DNA of 64,000 nucleotides from Methanomicrobiales archaeon. GTDB lineage: Archaea > Halobacteriota > Methanomicrobia > Methanomicrobiales > Methanospirillaceae. The stretch covers positions 12 to 64,011 of the forward strand of contig JANYKQ010000064.1 in NCBI GenBank assembly GCA_025358115.1, in the 5' to 3' direction. The notes under the pieces were generated by a model. It saw only the letters and a program-made list of their open reading frames with translations, did not search any database and was not told the origin of the DNA. This document shows positions 28,960 to 38,327 of the stretch, one piece after another (within the stretch, counting starts at the first letter, position 1; each line of letters begins with the position of its first letter). The translations under genes and the position numbers were made by a program.

Positions 28960-30282
28960 TTACTTTTTCTGCAGTTTCTCAAGCACGCGCTCCTTTTTCT
29001 GGATCGCAGCTTCAGCAGCATGCAGTACGCCTTCTTTCATGGCTTCAAAGTTACGCGTATCCGTGTCAACAACCTTTTTCACCGGAGTATATGCCGACTC
29101 CCGGAACCTCGGGGTGAAATCACATTCCTTTCCATCCACGAGAAGAACCGATTCCGGCCTGCCCGGTTCAACATAACCAACCGCATGCATCCGGACGCCG
29201 GCCGTTTTTACCACCCGGCAGATCTCTGCAGCAGCATCGGAGGGAGCAACAATAAGGAGTGCATCCAGGGAGACACCGAGATAGTCGATCTCGAGTGTCT
29301 CAAGCATTGCCCTGACATGAGGCTCAACCAGGGTCGTTGTAGCAGATTCATCGATCACGATCCTGCAGTCCGCGGTCTCTGCCATCTCGAAGACATCGCC
29401 CCGCAATCCCCCGTTCGTCACATCGGTCATGGCATGAATGCGGGTAAAGACCCCGCTTTTCATCAGGGTCTCGCAGGCATTGAGGAAATTGAGATTGATG
29501 GTGTGTTCTACAACTTCAGGAAATCCCGAGTATATCGCTGCGGTGGCAATCGTTCCGCCACCGGCTCCTTCGGACATGAGTATTACATCCCCGGCATGAG
29601 TTGCTTTGCGGGCGGTAAGATGCTCGGCAACCCCGACTGCACCAACGCAACCGGTCAACCGGCCTCCGAGCACCATGTCCCCCCCAATGCGTAATGTTGA
29701 GCCCGTGACCAGCGGCACATTCATCGCTTCGCCGACAGTGGTAATGCCGGCAGTATAGTCAAAAATCTTTGCAACATCCCCGTCATCGGCCACATGGATA
29801 TCGGAAAAGAGCATGACAGGTTTTGCTCCCATCACGTAGGCATCGCGCAGCGTTGCCCGGGTCACATGAAATCCGGCAAGGAACGGGTAATCGGAAAGAC
29901 GGGAGTGCATCCCGTCAACGGTGCAGATGATATATTTTCCTTCAGCACAGACGGCACCCGCATCGTCCATCTCGTCCACACCTACGGAGGCAGATGTTTT
30001 CCCGATGATACGGGCGATCTGGCGGTGGGCAAAAAAGTCGCCCTGTCCTCTAGATCCCACGCCAAATTCCCCCATCTTTACACCGGCGGGCTCGAACTCA
30101 AAAAAGTCTCCTTTCAGTCCAAGGGTATTTTTGACCTCTTCAATCACTGCCCGGGAAAATTCATCTGCATAGGATTTCCTGACATTTTTTATCTCAAGGA
30201 TCCGTTCAGTAAGATTTTTTTGTAAGGTTTCCCGGTCCGCACCGGCAGCAATATTTTTGCGGACATACTCCTCAACATCCAT
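28960..30282 (-). CDS. AIR synthase-related (PurM/HypE/SelD superfamily) protein
   Basis: DDAG, VDGMHSRLS, GSTLRIGGD, HAMTDVTNGGLRGD. Confidence 0.88.
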   Translation of the reverse strand: MDVEEYVRKNIAAGADRETLQKNLTERILEIKNVRKSYADEFSRAVIEEVKNTLGLKGDFFEFEPAGVKMGEFGVGSRGQGDFFAHRQIARIIGKTSASVGVDEMDDAGAVCAEGKYIICTVDGMHSRLSDYPFLAGFHVTRATLRDAYVMGAKPVMLFSDIHVADDGDVAKIFDYTAGITTVGEAMNVPLVTGSTLRIGGDMVLGGRLTGCVGAVGVAEHLTARKATHAGDVILMSEGAGGGTIATAAIYSGFPEVVEHTINLNFLNACETLMKSGVFTRIHAMTDVTNGGLRGDVFEMAETADCRIVIDESATTTLVEPHVRAMLETLEIDYLGVSLDALLIVAPSDAAAEICRVVKTAGVRMHAVGYVEPGRPESVLLVDGKECDFTPRFRESAYTPVKKVVDTDTRNFEAMKEGVLHAAEAAIQKKERVLEKLQKK

Positions 30283-30384
30283 ACTCTCCTGTACGTGCGA
30301 GAGACATAAAAATGCGGAGTATCTGAAAAAGATCTTATTTCAACAAATCCGGGGTTTGAGGATCAGGAAAGAAATTTACCGCAA

Positions 30385-31377
30385 TTATCTGAGAAGGACA
30401 CCATAAACATCCGAAAAACACCGGATTGCATCGTCCAGCTTCCCGGTTTTTAACAATGACAGTCCTTTGACAATACCGGTACGAACATCCTTTGCATCGA
30501 GAAAGTATGCCTGGTCAAAAGCGTGAGCCGATTCTTCAAGTTTGCCTAACATAAAGCAGGAGTTGCTCATCACAACCCATGCATCAGCAATACCCGGTTC
30601 AATTTCAAGTGCTTTCTCAAGACATTTGATCGCTTCCTCATGCCGGGATAACATGCTGAGAGAGAGACCTTTCCGGTAGAGAGCTTTTGCATTATCAGGA
30701 TCGATAGCCAGGGCACGATCCAGCACTTCAATAGCTTCCCGGTAGCGTTTGAGATGGATAAGCGCCATGCCTTTTTTGATGAGAGCCGACAGGAAAAACG
30801 GATAGATTTTCAGGGCGCGATCGTAACAGATGTTCTCTTCTTCGTACCATTTCAGTTTACCATAGGCAAATCCTTTGTTCACCCATGCGGAGAGATAGCG
30901 GGGCCTGAGTTCAATGGCACGATCACAGCAGCGAACCTCTGCTTCAAACTTGCCAAGCATCCCCAGCGCAACTCCCTTGTTGTTCCATGCGGCTGCATTT
31001 TCCGGATCGATGGCAAGAGCCTGATCGCAGCAGTTGAGTTTTTCTCCGAACCGGTCAAGTTTTCCGAGAGCAAATGCCTTGTTGTTCCATGCATCAACGC
31101 AATAAGGATCAAGAACAATCGCCTTGTCACAACTCTCGATCTCTTCTTCAAACCGTCCGAGTTTTCCTAAGGCAAACCCCCTCCCTACCCACGCAAGTGC
31201 GAGTGTCGGGTCAATGGTCAGCGCATGCGAAAACGAAACAAGTGCATCCGAATGTCGTCCCTCCCTTCCTAATGCCAGACCTTCAAGATAGAGTACCCGG
31301 CCTTTTTGCCGGGAATCGATAGTCGGGGAAACTTCAGGCAAGGTGGACATGGAATGGCAATCCTTTTGATAGGACAA
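30385..31377 (-). CDS. TPR repeat protein
   Basis: About nine 34-aa repeats of the AW.NKG.AL..LG type. Confidence 0.92.
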   Translation of the reverse strand: MSYQKDCHSMSTLPEVSPTIDSRQKGRVLYLEGLALGREGRHSDALVSFSHALTIDPTLALAWVGRGFALGKLGRFEEEIESCDKAIVLDPYCVDAWNNKAFALGKLDRFGEKLNCCDQALAIDPENAAAWNNKGVALGMLGKFEAEVRCCDRAIELRPRYLSAWVNKGFAYGKLKWYEEENICYDRALKIYPFFLSALIKKGMALIHLKRYREAIEVLDRALAIDPDNAKALYRKGLSLSMLSRHEEAIKCLEKALEIEPGIADAWVVMSNSCFMLGKLEESAHAFDQAYFLDAKDVRTGIVKGLSLLKTGKLDDAIRCFSDVYGVLLR

Positions 31378-31528
31378 TAACCCTGTGGAAAAGCTTGGTG
31401 CGGGTGATATTTATGTTCACGTTTTTTTTCATCTGGAGACTGGTAAGTGAGCTTCAGGAAAGTAATGTACACTGTTCACGGAAGTCTGATATCTTTCACT
31501 ATATGAGAATAATTTCAATACGCATATA

Positions 31529-32047
31529 ATGTTGTATATTTTATATCAGGTATTGTCATCATCAGCTAAAAGGACGGATGCAACATCCCCGGTAATCGGG
31601 AATATCCTCATAGTAGTGATAACAATAATGCTCGCCCTGATGATCCTCCTTTTATTTCACCTACCGCAGTTTACCCTGGAAGAAACAGGAGTACCGGCAA
31701 TTTTTAAAATCACAAAGATAACCCATGGCTCAAATTTTGAAAGTACCATGGTAGTGAAAAACACGGATACGATTGGATACAAAAACAAGAATCTGTACGC
31801 AAGAACCTACAAAAACGGTCTCCCGCTGTATTGTAAAATTCCTACCATAAACGGGCATGATTTCATCAGTTCACACCATTTTGGCGTCCAGTATATCAGC
31901 GGGATGAGCGGTCCGACCTGGTATCCGAACTGGGCAATCAGTATCAATTACAAGGACAAAACATTCCACCCGGGGGATGATATCACGTTCGAAGTGTACA
32001 ATAATTCAACCGACCAGATCATCTCGCGCCATACATACCGCGCGTAA
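31529..32047 (+). CDS. Archaeal type IV pilin-like protein (DUF1628-type N-terminus)
   Basis: KRTDA|TSPVIGNILIVVITIMLALMIL class III signal peptide; start uncertain. Confidence 0.75.
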   Translation: MLYILYQVLSSSAKRTDATSPVIGNILIVVITIMLALMILLLFHLPQFTLEETGVPAIFKITKITHGSNFESTMVVKNTDTIGYKNKNLYARTYKNGLPLYCKIPTINGHDFISSHHFGVQYISGMSGPTWYPNWAISINYKDKTFHPGDDITFEVYNNSTDQIISRHTYRA

Positions 32048-32074
32048 AGAAAGAGGAAAAAAGACGATGCCGGT

Positions 32075-32266
32075 TCAGTCATCCAGCCGTTTGAATACAC
32101 CTTTTTTTGCCTTGAGAATTTTACATTCCGGGCAGCGCCAGGAATCAGGTACATCTTTCCACGCGGTTCCCATGACAATGCTGTTTTTGGGGTCTCCCTT
32201 TACCGGGTCATAGATGTAGTGGCATTCCAGGCACACCCATCGCTCATTTTTAGCTTCCTGTGTCAA
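32075..32266 (-). CDS. Rubredoxin
   Basis: WVCLECHYIYDPVKGD...VPDSWRCPEC; TTG start. Confidence 0.9.
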   Translation of the reverse strand: MTQEAKNERWVCLECHYIYDPVKGDPKNSIVMGTAWKDVPDSWRCPECKILKAKKGVFKRLDD

Positions 32267-32374
32267 ATCAATTCAACTCCACGTTATCATTTCTGTTAAT
32301 CTGATCTTCCGTTAATATTTATGAATACTCTTCTCAGGGCAATCCATTTTATGAGCTGAGAGAGAACGTTCGGA

Positions 32375-32929
32375 TCAGCGATGAATCAGGTGGCGTGAAC
32401 AGAGCCGCGCCACACGAAGCGGTTCGGGAATCTTACCCTCAAGAGTGAAATCATTGCATAATGCCGAAGCATCCGCAAGACCCAGTCCCCACGCCCGCAG
32501 GTAAATTGTCTCGCGGGTGTGGAGAATGACCGGTATTCGCTCACCCAGCAGGTGATATGCGGCGATTCTTATCTCATCTCCGGGAAAATGATACCTGATA
32601 TCCGCTTCCAGTCCGTCCGATTCTCCGTAAGACACACAGATTACCGGAATTCCGGTTTCCTGTGAAATCCGTCCGGGATCTATCACATTGAACCATGCGA
32701 TAACACAACCGGAGAGCAGGATCACGTTGATATCCCTGCGGCAAAGCCCCTGCACCATTCCAAGAATACAATCGGTAGCATCCATACCCCCGACGGTCAC
32801 CGTACCAAAAGCAAAACCATCAATACGGAGATCCTTTCGCATCACCACACCGGCTAACGCAGAGCTGGAGCGGCCGGAAAAGCTTTCCGCAATACCAAGA
32901 GCGCGCAACCCTTTTTTGGGGATGTGCAT
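32375..32929 (-). CDS. DUF99 family (endonuclease V-like) protein
   Basis: LGIAESF, VGGMDAT, AWFNVID, IPEPLRVA. Confidence 0.85.
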   Translation of the reverse strand: MHIPKKGLRALGIAESFSGRSSSALAGVVMRKDLRIDGFAFGTVTVGGMDATDCILGMVQGLCRRDINVILLSGCVIAWFNVIDPGRISQETGIPVICVSYGESDGLEADIRYHFPGDEIRIAAYHLLGERIPVILHTRETIYLRAWGLGLADASALCNDFTLEGKIPEPLRVARLCSRHLIHR

Positions 32930-32967
32930 AGAAGCACTTATGCCACTCTATTAAAAATACTATACCA

Positions 32968-33891
32968 ATGAAATTCAACAAAGATGAGGTCTGCATTTTA
33001 ATTCCCACCTTAAATGAAGGCCCGACCATCAGCACGGTCGTGCGGGAGTTCACGGCACTCGGCTATACTCATATCCTGGTTATTGACGGAAAGAGTACAG
33101 ACAATACCGTAAAAAACGCCCGTGATGCCGGGGCAACGGTCCGCACACAATCCGGCAAGGGTAAAGGAAATGCAATCATTGAGGCTTTTGAAGTTATTGA
33201 GCAGCCCTATATCCTTATGCTTGACGGTGATGGCACTTACTCTGCAAAAGATGCCGAGAAGATGCTGACACCGTTATTCCTGGGATTTGACCAGGTAATC
33301 GGCGACCGGCTCATCAATGCTGAAGAGGGATCCTTTTCCCATCTCAATCTGTTTGGAAACCATATGCTCAACCTTCTTTTCAAGGTTGCCCACAGCCGTG
33401 ACCTGCATGATATCCTTTCAGGGTACCGTGCGTTTACCAAAATGGCAATCCAGCAGATGCACTTAAAAGAGAAGGGATTTGAGATCGAGACCGAGATCTC
33501 CGTTGAATCGGTCAGAAACGGCCAGCGCGTCATGGTTGTGCCGATAAAATATTGTCACCGCCCGGGAACCGCAACAAAACTCTCACCTTTTCACGATGGT
33601 ATCAAAATCGTGAGCACCATATACCGGCTTGCGCGGGTGAACAACCCGATGTTCTATTTCGGCATGATGGGTGTATTCACTACTGTCCTGGGTATGCTCG
33701 TGGGCGTCTTTGTTGTGCTCGAATGGTTTCACGGCATCGAACACATCCCGCTCACTATCCTTACGGTCCTCCTTATCGTCGTAGGTATTGAGATCTTTAT
33801 GTTCGGGATGATCAGCGACATGCTGCTGATCTTTCACCGGGAAATTATTCGGGAAATTCAGCTCCTGGAACCCCCGAAACATCCGAAATAA
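32968..33891 (+). CDS. aglJ: GT2 dolichol-phosphate glycosyltransferase, AglJ-like
   Basis: IPTLNE, DGKSTD, GKGNA, DGDGTY, DILSGYR, FEIETE; two C-terminal TM helices. Confidence 0.8.
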   Translation: MKFNKDEVCILIPTLNEGPTISTVVREFTALGYTHILVIDGKSTDNTVKNARDAGATVRTQSGKGKGNAIIEAFEVIEQPYILMLDGDGTYSAKDAEKMLTPLFLGFDQVIGDRLINAEEGSFSHLNLFGNHMLNLLFKVAHSRDLHDILSGYRAFTKMAIQQMHLKEKGFEIETEISVESVRNGQRVMVVPIKYCHRPGTATKLSPFHDGIKIVSTIYRLARVNNPMFYFGMMGVFTTVLGMLVGVFVVLEWFHGIEHIPLTILTVLLIVVGIEIFMFGMISDMLLIFHREIIREIQLLEPPKHPK

Positions 33892-34051
33892 TTTTTTTTT
33901 ATAACTTCATGAAGTCAAAGACTTCGCACAGATGCAACAACAAAATATAGATTCCCATTATCTTTTTTTTATTTCGATCCTGTCACGTCAATATTTTAAA
34001 AAATTTTTATGACTGAATAAGGGTGGGGTTATGGCCAGCGCACGGTTTTAA

Positions 34052-35092
34052 TTATCCGCACCCGCCACTTGCAACGGCTCCCGTCACGGCGGGAAGAGTA
34101 GTTGAGCATTCCGCCGGGGGAGTCACAAAACGATCGCAGATCGCCTGCTTGTAGGCATCCGGGGTCCGGGGACCGCTGAACTTCTGCCCGTTAATGATAA
34201 GTGTTGGAGATGCACTTGCCTTATAAGAATTCGAGAGGGACTCATCGGCTTTGAGAAGGGTAAGTCCTTCCCCGCCACTGGCACAGGTTTCAATGCTCTT
34301 TACATCAATGCCCAGGGACGAGGTGACATTTCTCCAGCAGGCATCGAGCTTATCGGCATTCTGGTACTGCGGATAGCAGGCATCATTGAATATTTCAATA
34401 TATTCCCAGAATTTTTCCGGGTTCTTTTTGAGAATGCAGATCTGGCGCAGGTCTTCCTGAGCCTCGGATGGGCCATGCAGCGATCTGACAGATCCCACCG
34501 TTGTTCCGGTTATAGTGGTGATATATCGTACATGAATATCGGCTTTTGAACCGATCAGGGCAGCAACCGGCTTCATCACGCTTTCTGCCTGCGTGCCATA
34601 CGGGCAGAAAGCCATCACAAAGAGTTCTGCAACCGGACGCTCTGTTTTTATGGGTGCAGCAGCAGCCTGTGCCGGACCATTCCCGCTTCCTCCCGCTGTT
34701 GCGGTCATATCAATCCTGTTGGTAAACAGGGAAGAACAGTCCCGGGTGGTATAGATGGTCATTGCCTGGCCCTGGTAACCGATCTTCACCTCATAGATGC
34801 CCCGGTTTTCTGTCACCGAGGTCAGTGAAGCAGACGAACCGGGAGCAACAAAATTGTCATTCACATACCTGAGGGTTTTCTCTGCACAGGCCTGCGGGGG
34901 TACAACAGCACCCTGGCCCGGAAGACCCTGGGTAAACCCGTAAGCGAGAAGGATCACAATCACCACAATGATGCCGATGATGGCTATGAGGAGTCCCCTG
35001 CCAAAAAAGGGTTGGTCCTGCACACGTTCTCCCTTCAGACTGCCCTTTGCTGGCCCGTTTGAATCCGGTTTTTTGTCACTGGTCAAAAGCAT
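34052..35092 (-). CDS. Membrane-anchored thioredoxin-fold (DsbA/GILT-like) protein
   Basis: N-terminal TM; FVMAFCPYG, SLHGPSE, SPTLIING. Confidence 0.72.
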   Translation of the reverse strand: MLLTSDKKPDSNGPAKGSLKGERVQDQPFFGRGLLIAIIGIIVVIVILLAYGFTQGLPGQGAVVPPQACAEKTLRYVNDNFVAPGSSASLTSVTENRGIYEVKIGYQGQAMTIYTTRDCSSLFTNRIDMTATAGGSGNGPAQAAAAPIKTERPVAELFVMAFCPYGTQAESVMKPVAALIGSKADIHVRYITTITGTTVGSVRSLHGPSEAQEDLRQICILKKNPEKFWEYIEIFNDACYPQYQNADKLDACWRNVTSSLGIDVKSIETCASGGEGLTLLKADESLSNSYKASASPTLIINGQKFSGPRTPDAYKQAICDRFVTPPAECSTTLPAVTGAVASGGCG

Positions 35093-35427
35093 TACCTTAA
35101 GGATTATTCATATTTTCTCCCTGAATAACTGATCCTTTGACGAGGAATAATGAGGCGGATGAACGGAGAACCATAGGGGATCACTGATCAGAGAGCTCCC
35201 GCGAACAATTGGTGAGGGGGAGAGCATCGTTATTCTCTTAAAAAAAAGCCGACAACAACAGGACCCCCGGGAGGGGGAGGTGTTCAGTAAATTCCCGGAA
35301 AAGACAGGCATCAATCCCGATCAATAAGAATTGAGAAACCGGTTATCGGCTTTTCCTGATGAGGCATAAAAAAGGTGGTTGATTGAGTTTTTTTTATTCT
35401 GTATCTTACCCTGCCGGATTTTCCCCG

Positions 35428-36279
35428 TTAAATACCTGAGGTGACCCGCAGAAGACCATATACCACCAGCATCGCGGCGGCCAGTACAATCGCCCGGTTA
35501 TTGATCACATCAACAAACTGCATCTTGTATCCGGGATCCTTCATTGCTTTTACCACCGGGTGGACAAGGAAGAGGCCGAATGGCACGAACGGCAGGAGCC
35601 AGAGAAAGCCCGGCTCAAGAACGGCAAAGGCTGCAATGATGCAGAATGCTGCAGCCATAAATGCAATGGTTAAGTAAAACGCAGCCCGTTCTCCGATGAT
35701 CACAACAGTATTTTTCCGCTCGGTCCGGTCTTTCTCCAGGTCACGGATCTCGTTGCCCAGTTCACCAACCGCCCCAAAGAGCCCCAGCAGGACCACGTAA
35801 ACAATCCCCGTAAGATCCAGCGGGTGGTACAGCATGTACCCGAGCAACCCGTAGAGGGCCGGGAACAGGGCGTGATACACCAGGTCGAGCCCGGCGATAT
35901 TTTTCACTTCTATCCAGAACGAATAGGTAATAAAGACAAACAGGACTACCAGTTCTATAAACAGAAGGGATGAAGGCAGAAGTGCCATGCAGACAAGCGA
36001 GATGGCAAGCAGGACTGCGCTGACCAGTTTTGCAGTCCTGCAGGATATTGAACCATCGGCAAGCGGGTTCCGGGGTTTTGCAGAACGGGCATCCAGTGCC
36101 ATATCCGAGATATCATTGATGACAAAACCAAATGCAGATGAAGCTGCAATAAATACCAGGAAAAGGGGGAAGGACAGATCCAGCCGACCCGCAGCAAGGA
36201 GGGCCCCGAAGATCCCCGCAATCACAAAGAGGATACCATAGGCCTCAAACCGGATGAGTCGTTTTAATGGATGATACAT
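35428..36279 (-). CDS. UbiA-family prenyltransferase
   Basis: NDISDMALD..KPRNPL; NEIRDLEKD; multiple TM helices. Confidence 0.88.
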   Translation of the reverse strand: MYHPLKRLIRFEAYGILFVIAGIFGALLAAGRLDLSFPLFLVFIAASSAFGFVINDISDMALDARSAKPRNPLADGSISCRTAKLVSAVLLAISLVCMALLPSSLLFIELVVLFVFITYSFWIEVKNIAGLDLVYHALFPALYGLLGYMLYHPLDLTGIVYVVLLGLFGAVGELGNEIRDLEKDRTERKNTVVIIGERAAFYLTIAFMAAAFCIIAAFAVLEPGFLWLLPFVPFGLFLVHPVVKAMKDPGYKMQFVDVINNRAIVLAAAMLVVYGLLRVTSGI

Positions 36280-36617
36280 AAATATTCTCCTGAAAATCTC
36301 CCAGATGCATACACACATAGGCGTAAAAGAATTTATGGATTATGACCGGGGATCTGTCGGATGCATTCCAGCGTAAAAAAACAATGAGGGGAAAGTCCCA
36401 CAATATACAATCCTTGCAAAAACTCTGCCGCAAGCAACGGTTCGCACGCTCAAATATCATACCGGTTTTTCCCGGTTGATCTTTTACTTTGACAGAGGGT
36501 ATTGGTATATCAAGTGCCCATCCGGACAATCAACGGTTAAAAAAATGCTCATTGAATCTTCGAATAGTTCAATACCAAAAAAAAAGAACATTAAGGAAGA
36601 ATATGGGGAACGGTTGA

Positions 36618-37706
36618 ATGGCACAGGTACTACTCTCACCACTGAGCTGGGGACTCGGTCACGCGATGAGGGATATCCCCATTATACGAACACTTCTTGC
36701 ACACGATCATGATGTCACCATTGCTGCGTGCGGGAATGCATTAAATGCCCTTAAACAGGAATTTCCCCAGTGCAGTTTCATCGAATTCGAGGATTACCCC
36801 GTACCGTACAGTTCGGGCAGCCTGTTCCTCCCGAAATTCTTTCTGTTTCTTCCCGTCATGCTCAGGGCGGTTGCAAACGAACGGAGAAATCTCGCAAAGA
36901 TCCTTGCAAAGGATCACTATGACCTCATCATCAGCGACAACCGACTGGGTGCGTACTCACCCGATGTTCCCTCGGTCTTTATCACCCACCAGCTGCACTA
37001 CCACATGCCCCTGGCTCTCTGGCCGGTGGAACTCTTCGCTCTCCGTATCAATACGTACCTTCACCGGAAATATGACCGGGTTATCGTGCCGGATAACCCG
37101 CCGGGACCTCTCGCCCTTGCCGGAAAACTCTCTCGTCCCGGGTCTGCTGACACCCGGTCGCTGGCATATTTCTCCGGGATCCTGACCAGCATACAGAAAC
37201 AGGACTGCAGAGAAGATCTCGATTACCTTGTTATGATATCGGGACCGGAGCCTCAGCGGACGAAACTCGAAGAACTCCTTCTCCCGTCCATCCATGAACT
37301 CGAGGGTAAAAGTGTAGTCATACTCGGGAGCCCGAAGAGAAAGACCGAGATCACCGGCACGGATACCTGCATAGTGAAAGGATATGTGTCCAATGATGAG
37401 AAAGTCGGGCTCATGAACCGGGCAAAGTTTGTCATCTGCCGTTCCGGCTACACATCCATGATGGAACTTGCAGAACTCAGAAAAAAACACGGACTGTTCA
37501 TCCCTACCCCCGGACAGACCGAACAGGAATACCTCTCGTGGTATTACCAGAAACAGGGCTGGTTCCATTCCCAGAGCCAGTACAGCCTCAATCTCGCTGA
37601 GGATATTCCCGCAGCACGGGGGTATTCCGGGTTCCCCGATATGCCGTCAACCGGGGAAAATGTCAGAAGGCTCTATAACGATCTGCTGGCAGGTTATCTC
37701 GAATAA
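36618..37706 (+). CDS. GT-B glycosyltransferase (family 28-like)
   Basis: WGLGHAMR, ISDNR, CRSGYTSMME, PTPGQTEQEYL. Confidence 0.88.
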   Translation: MAQVLLSPLSWGLGHAMRDIPIIRTLLAHDHDVTIAACGNALNALKQEFPQCSFIEFEDYPVPYSSGSLFLPKFFLFLPVMLRAVANERRNLAKILAKDHYDLIISDNRLGAYSPDVPSVFITHQLHYHMPLALWPVELFALRINTYLHRKYDRVIVPDNPPGPLALAGKLSRPGSADTRSLAYFSGILTSIQKQDCREDLDYLVMISGPEPQRTKLEELLLPSIHELEGKSVVILGSPKRKTEITGTDTCIVKGYVSNDEKVGLMNRAKFVICRSGYTSMMELAELRKKHGLFIPTPGQTEQEYLSWYYQKQGWFHSQSQYSLNLAEDIPAARGYSGFPDMPSTGENVRRLYNDLLAGYLE

Positions 37707-37753
37707 AAAAAATCCCGGCACGGTTCAAATAGATCGAGAACACATCTTGATCC

Positions 37754-37972
37754 ATGGATGATCTGGTGCTGACCGGGACCTTGTCCCTCATCGCGTTCTT
37801 TGCCGTCATCATTGCCGGTATTCTCGCGGTGCTCATTTTTTTCTCCTGGGTGTGGAGCGCAGCAGGGGCAGGGGATTACAACAGCATCCTTCTGAGTATT
37901 CTGGCAATCATTTTCGCGGGATGTGCCTATACCGGAACAGGTTATTACCTTTTTTCAAAAGGCTGGATCTGA
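37754..37972 (+). CDS. Small two-TM membrane protein
   Basis: 72-aa hydrophobic ORF in an otherwise empty gap. Confidence 0.6.
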   Translation: MDDLVLTGTLSLIAFFAVIIAGILAVLIFFSWVWSAAGAGDYNSILLSILAIIFAGCAYTGTGYYLFSKGWI

Positions 37973-38038
37973 TCTCATCACTAAAAAAACGATTCACCGC
38001 ATCGCAGGTTTTTTTGGGGAGATTATTGTAACGGCATC

Positions 38039-38203
38039 TCATTGAGTTGTCAGCATAATGGTAAAGATGATGGCGATCGCGAGAACAATGGCTGCCACAA
38101 GAACGATAATCAGCCGGTGATCCGAATCTGCCTTCGGGTCATTTTTATCGTTTACACGACTTTTAGGAGTTGTATCTTTTCGTTTGGGAGAGCGTCCGGC
38201 CAT
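38039..38203 (-). CDS. 54-aa protein with a single C-terminal TM helix (not in the ORF track)
   Basis: Manual translation MAGRSPKRKDTTPKSRVNDKNDPKADSDHRLIIVLVAAIVLAIAIIFTIMLTTQ; TTTAAAA box about 25 nt upstream. Confidence 0.6.
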   Translation of the reverse strand: MAGRSPKRKDTTPKSRVNDKNDPKADSDHRLIIVLVAAIVLAIAIIFTIMLTTQ

Positions 38204-38327
38204 AATGGGTGAAGGCAGATAGGATTTTTAAAAAGATAAGGATACCGGATTTTTACCCATCCTTTCAAATTGACACCAGGCCGGCAGATACATGAACAAG
38301 GGGGACTTTTTCCCATTATCGGAAAGG

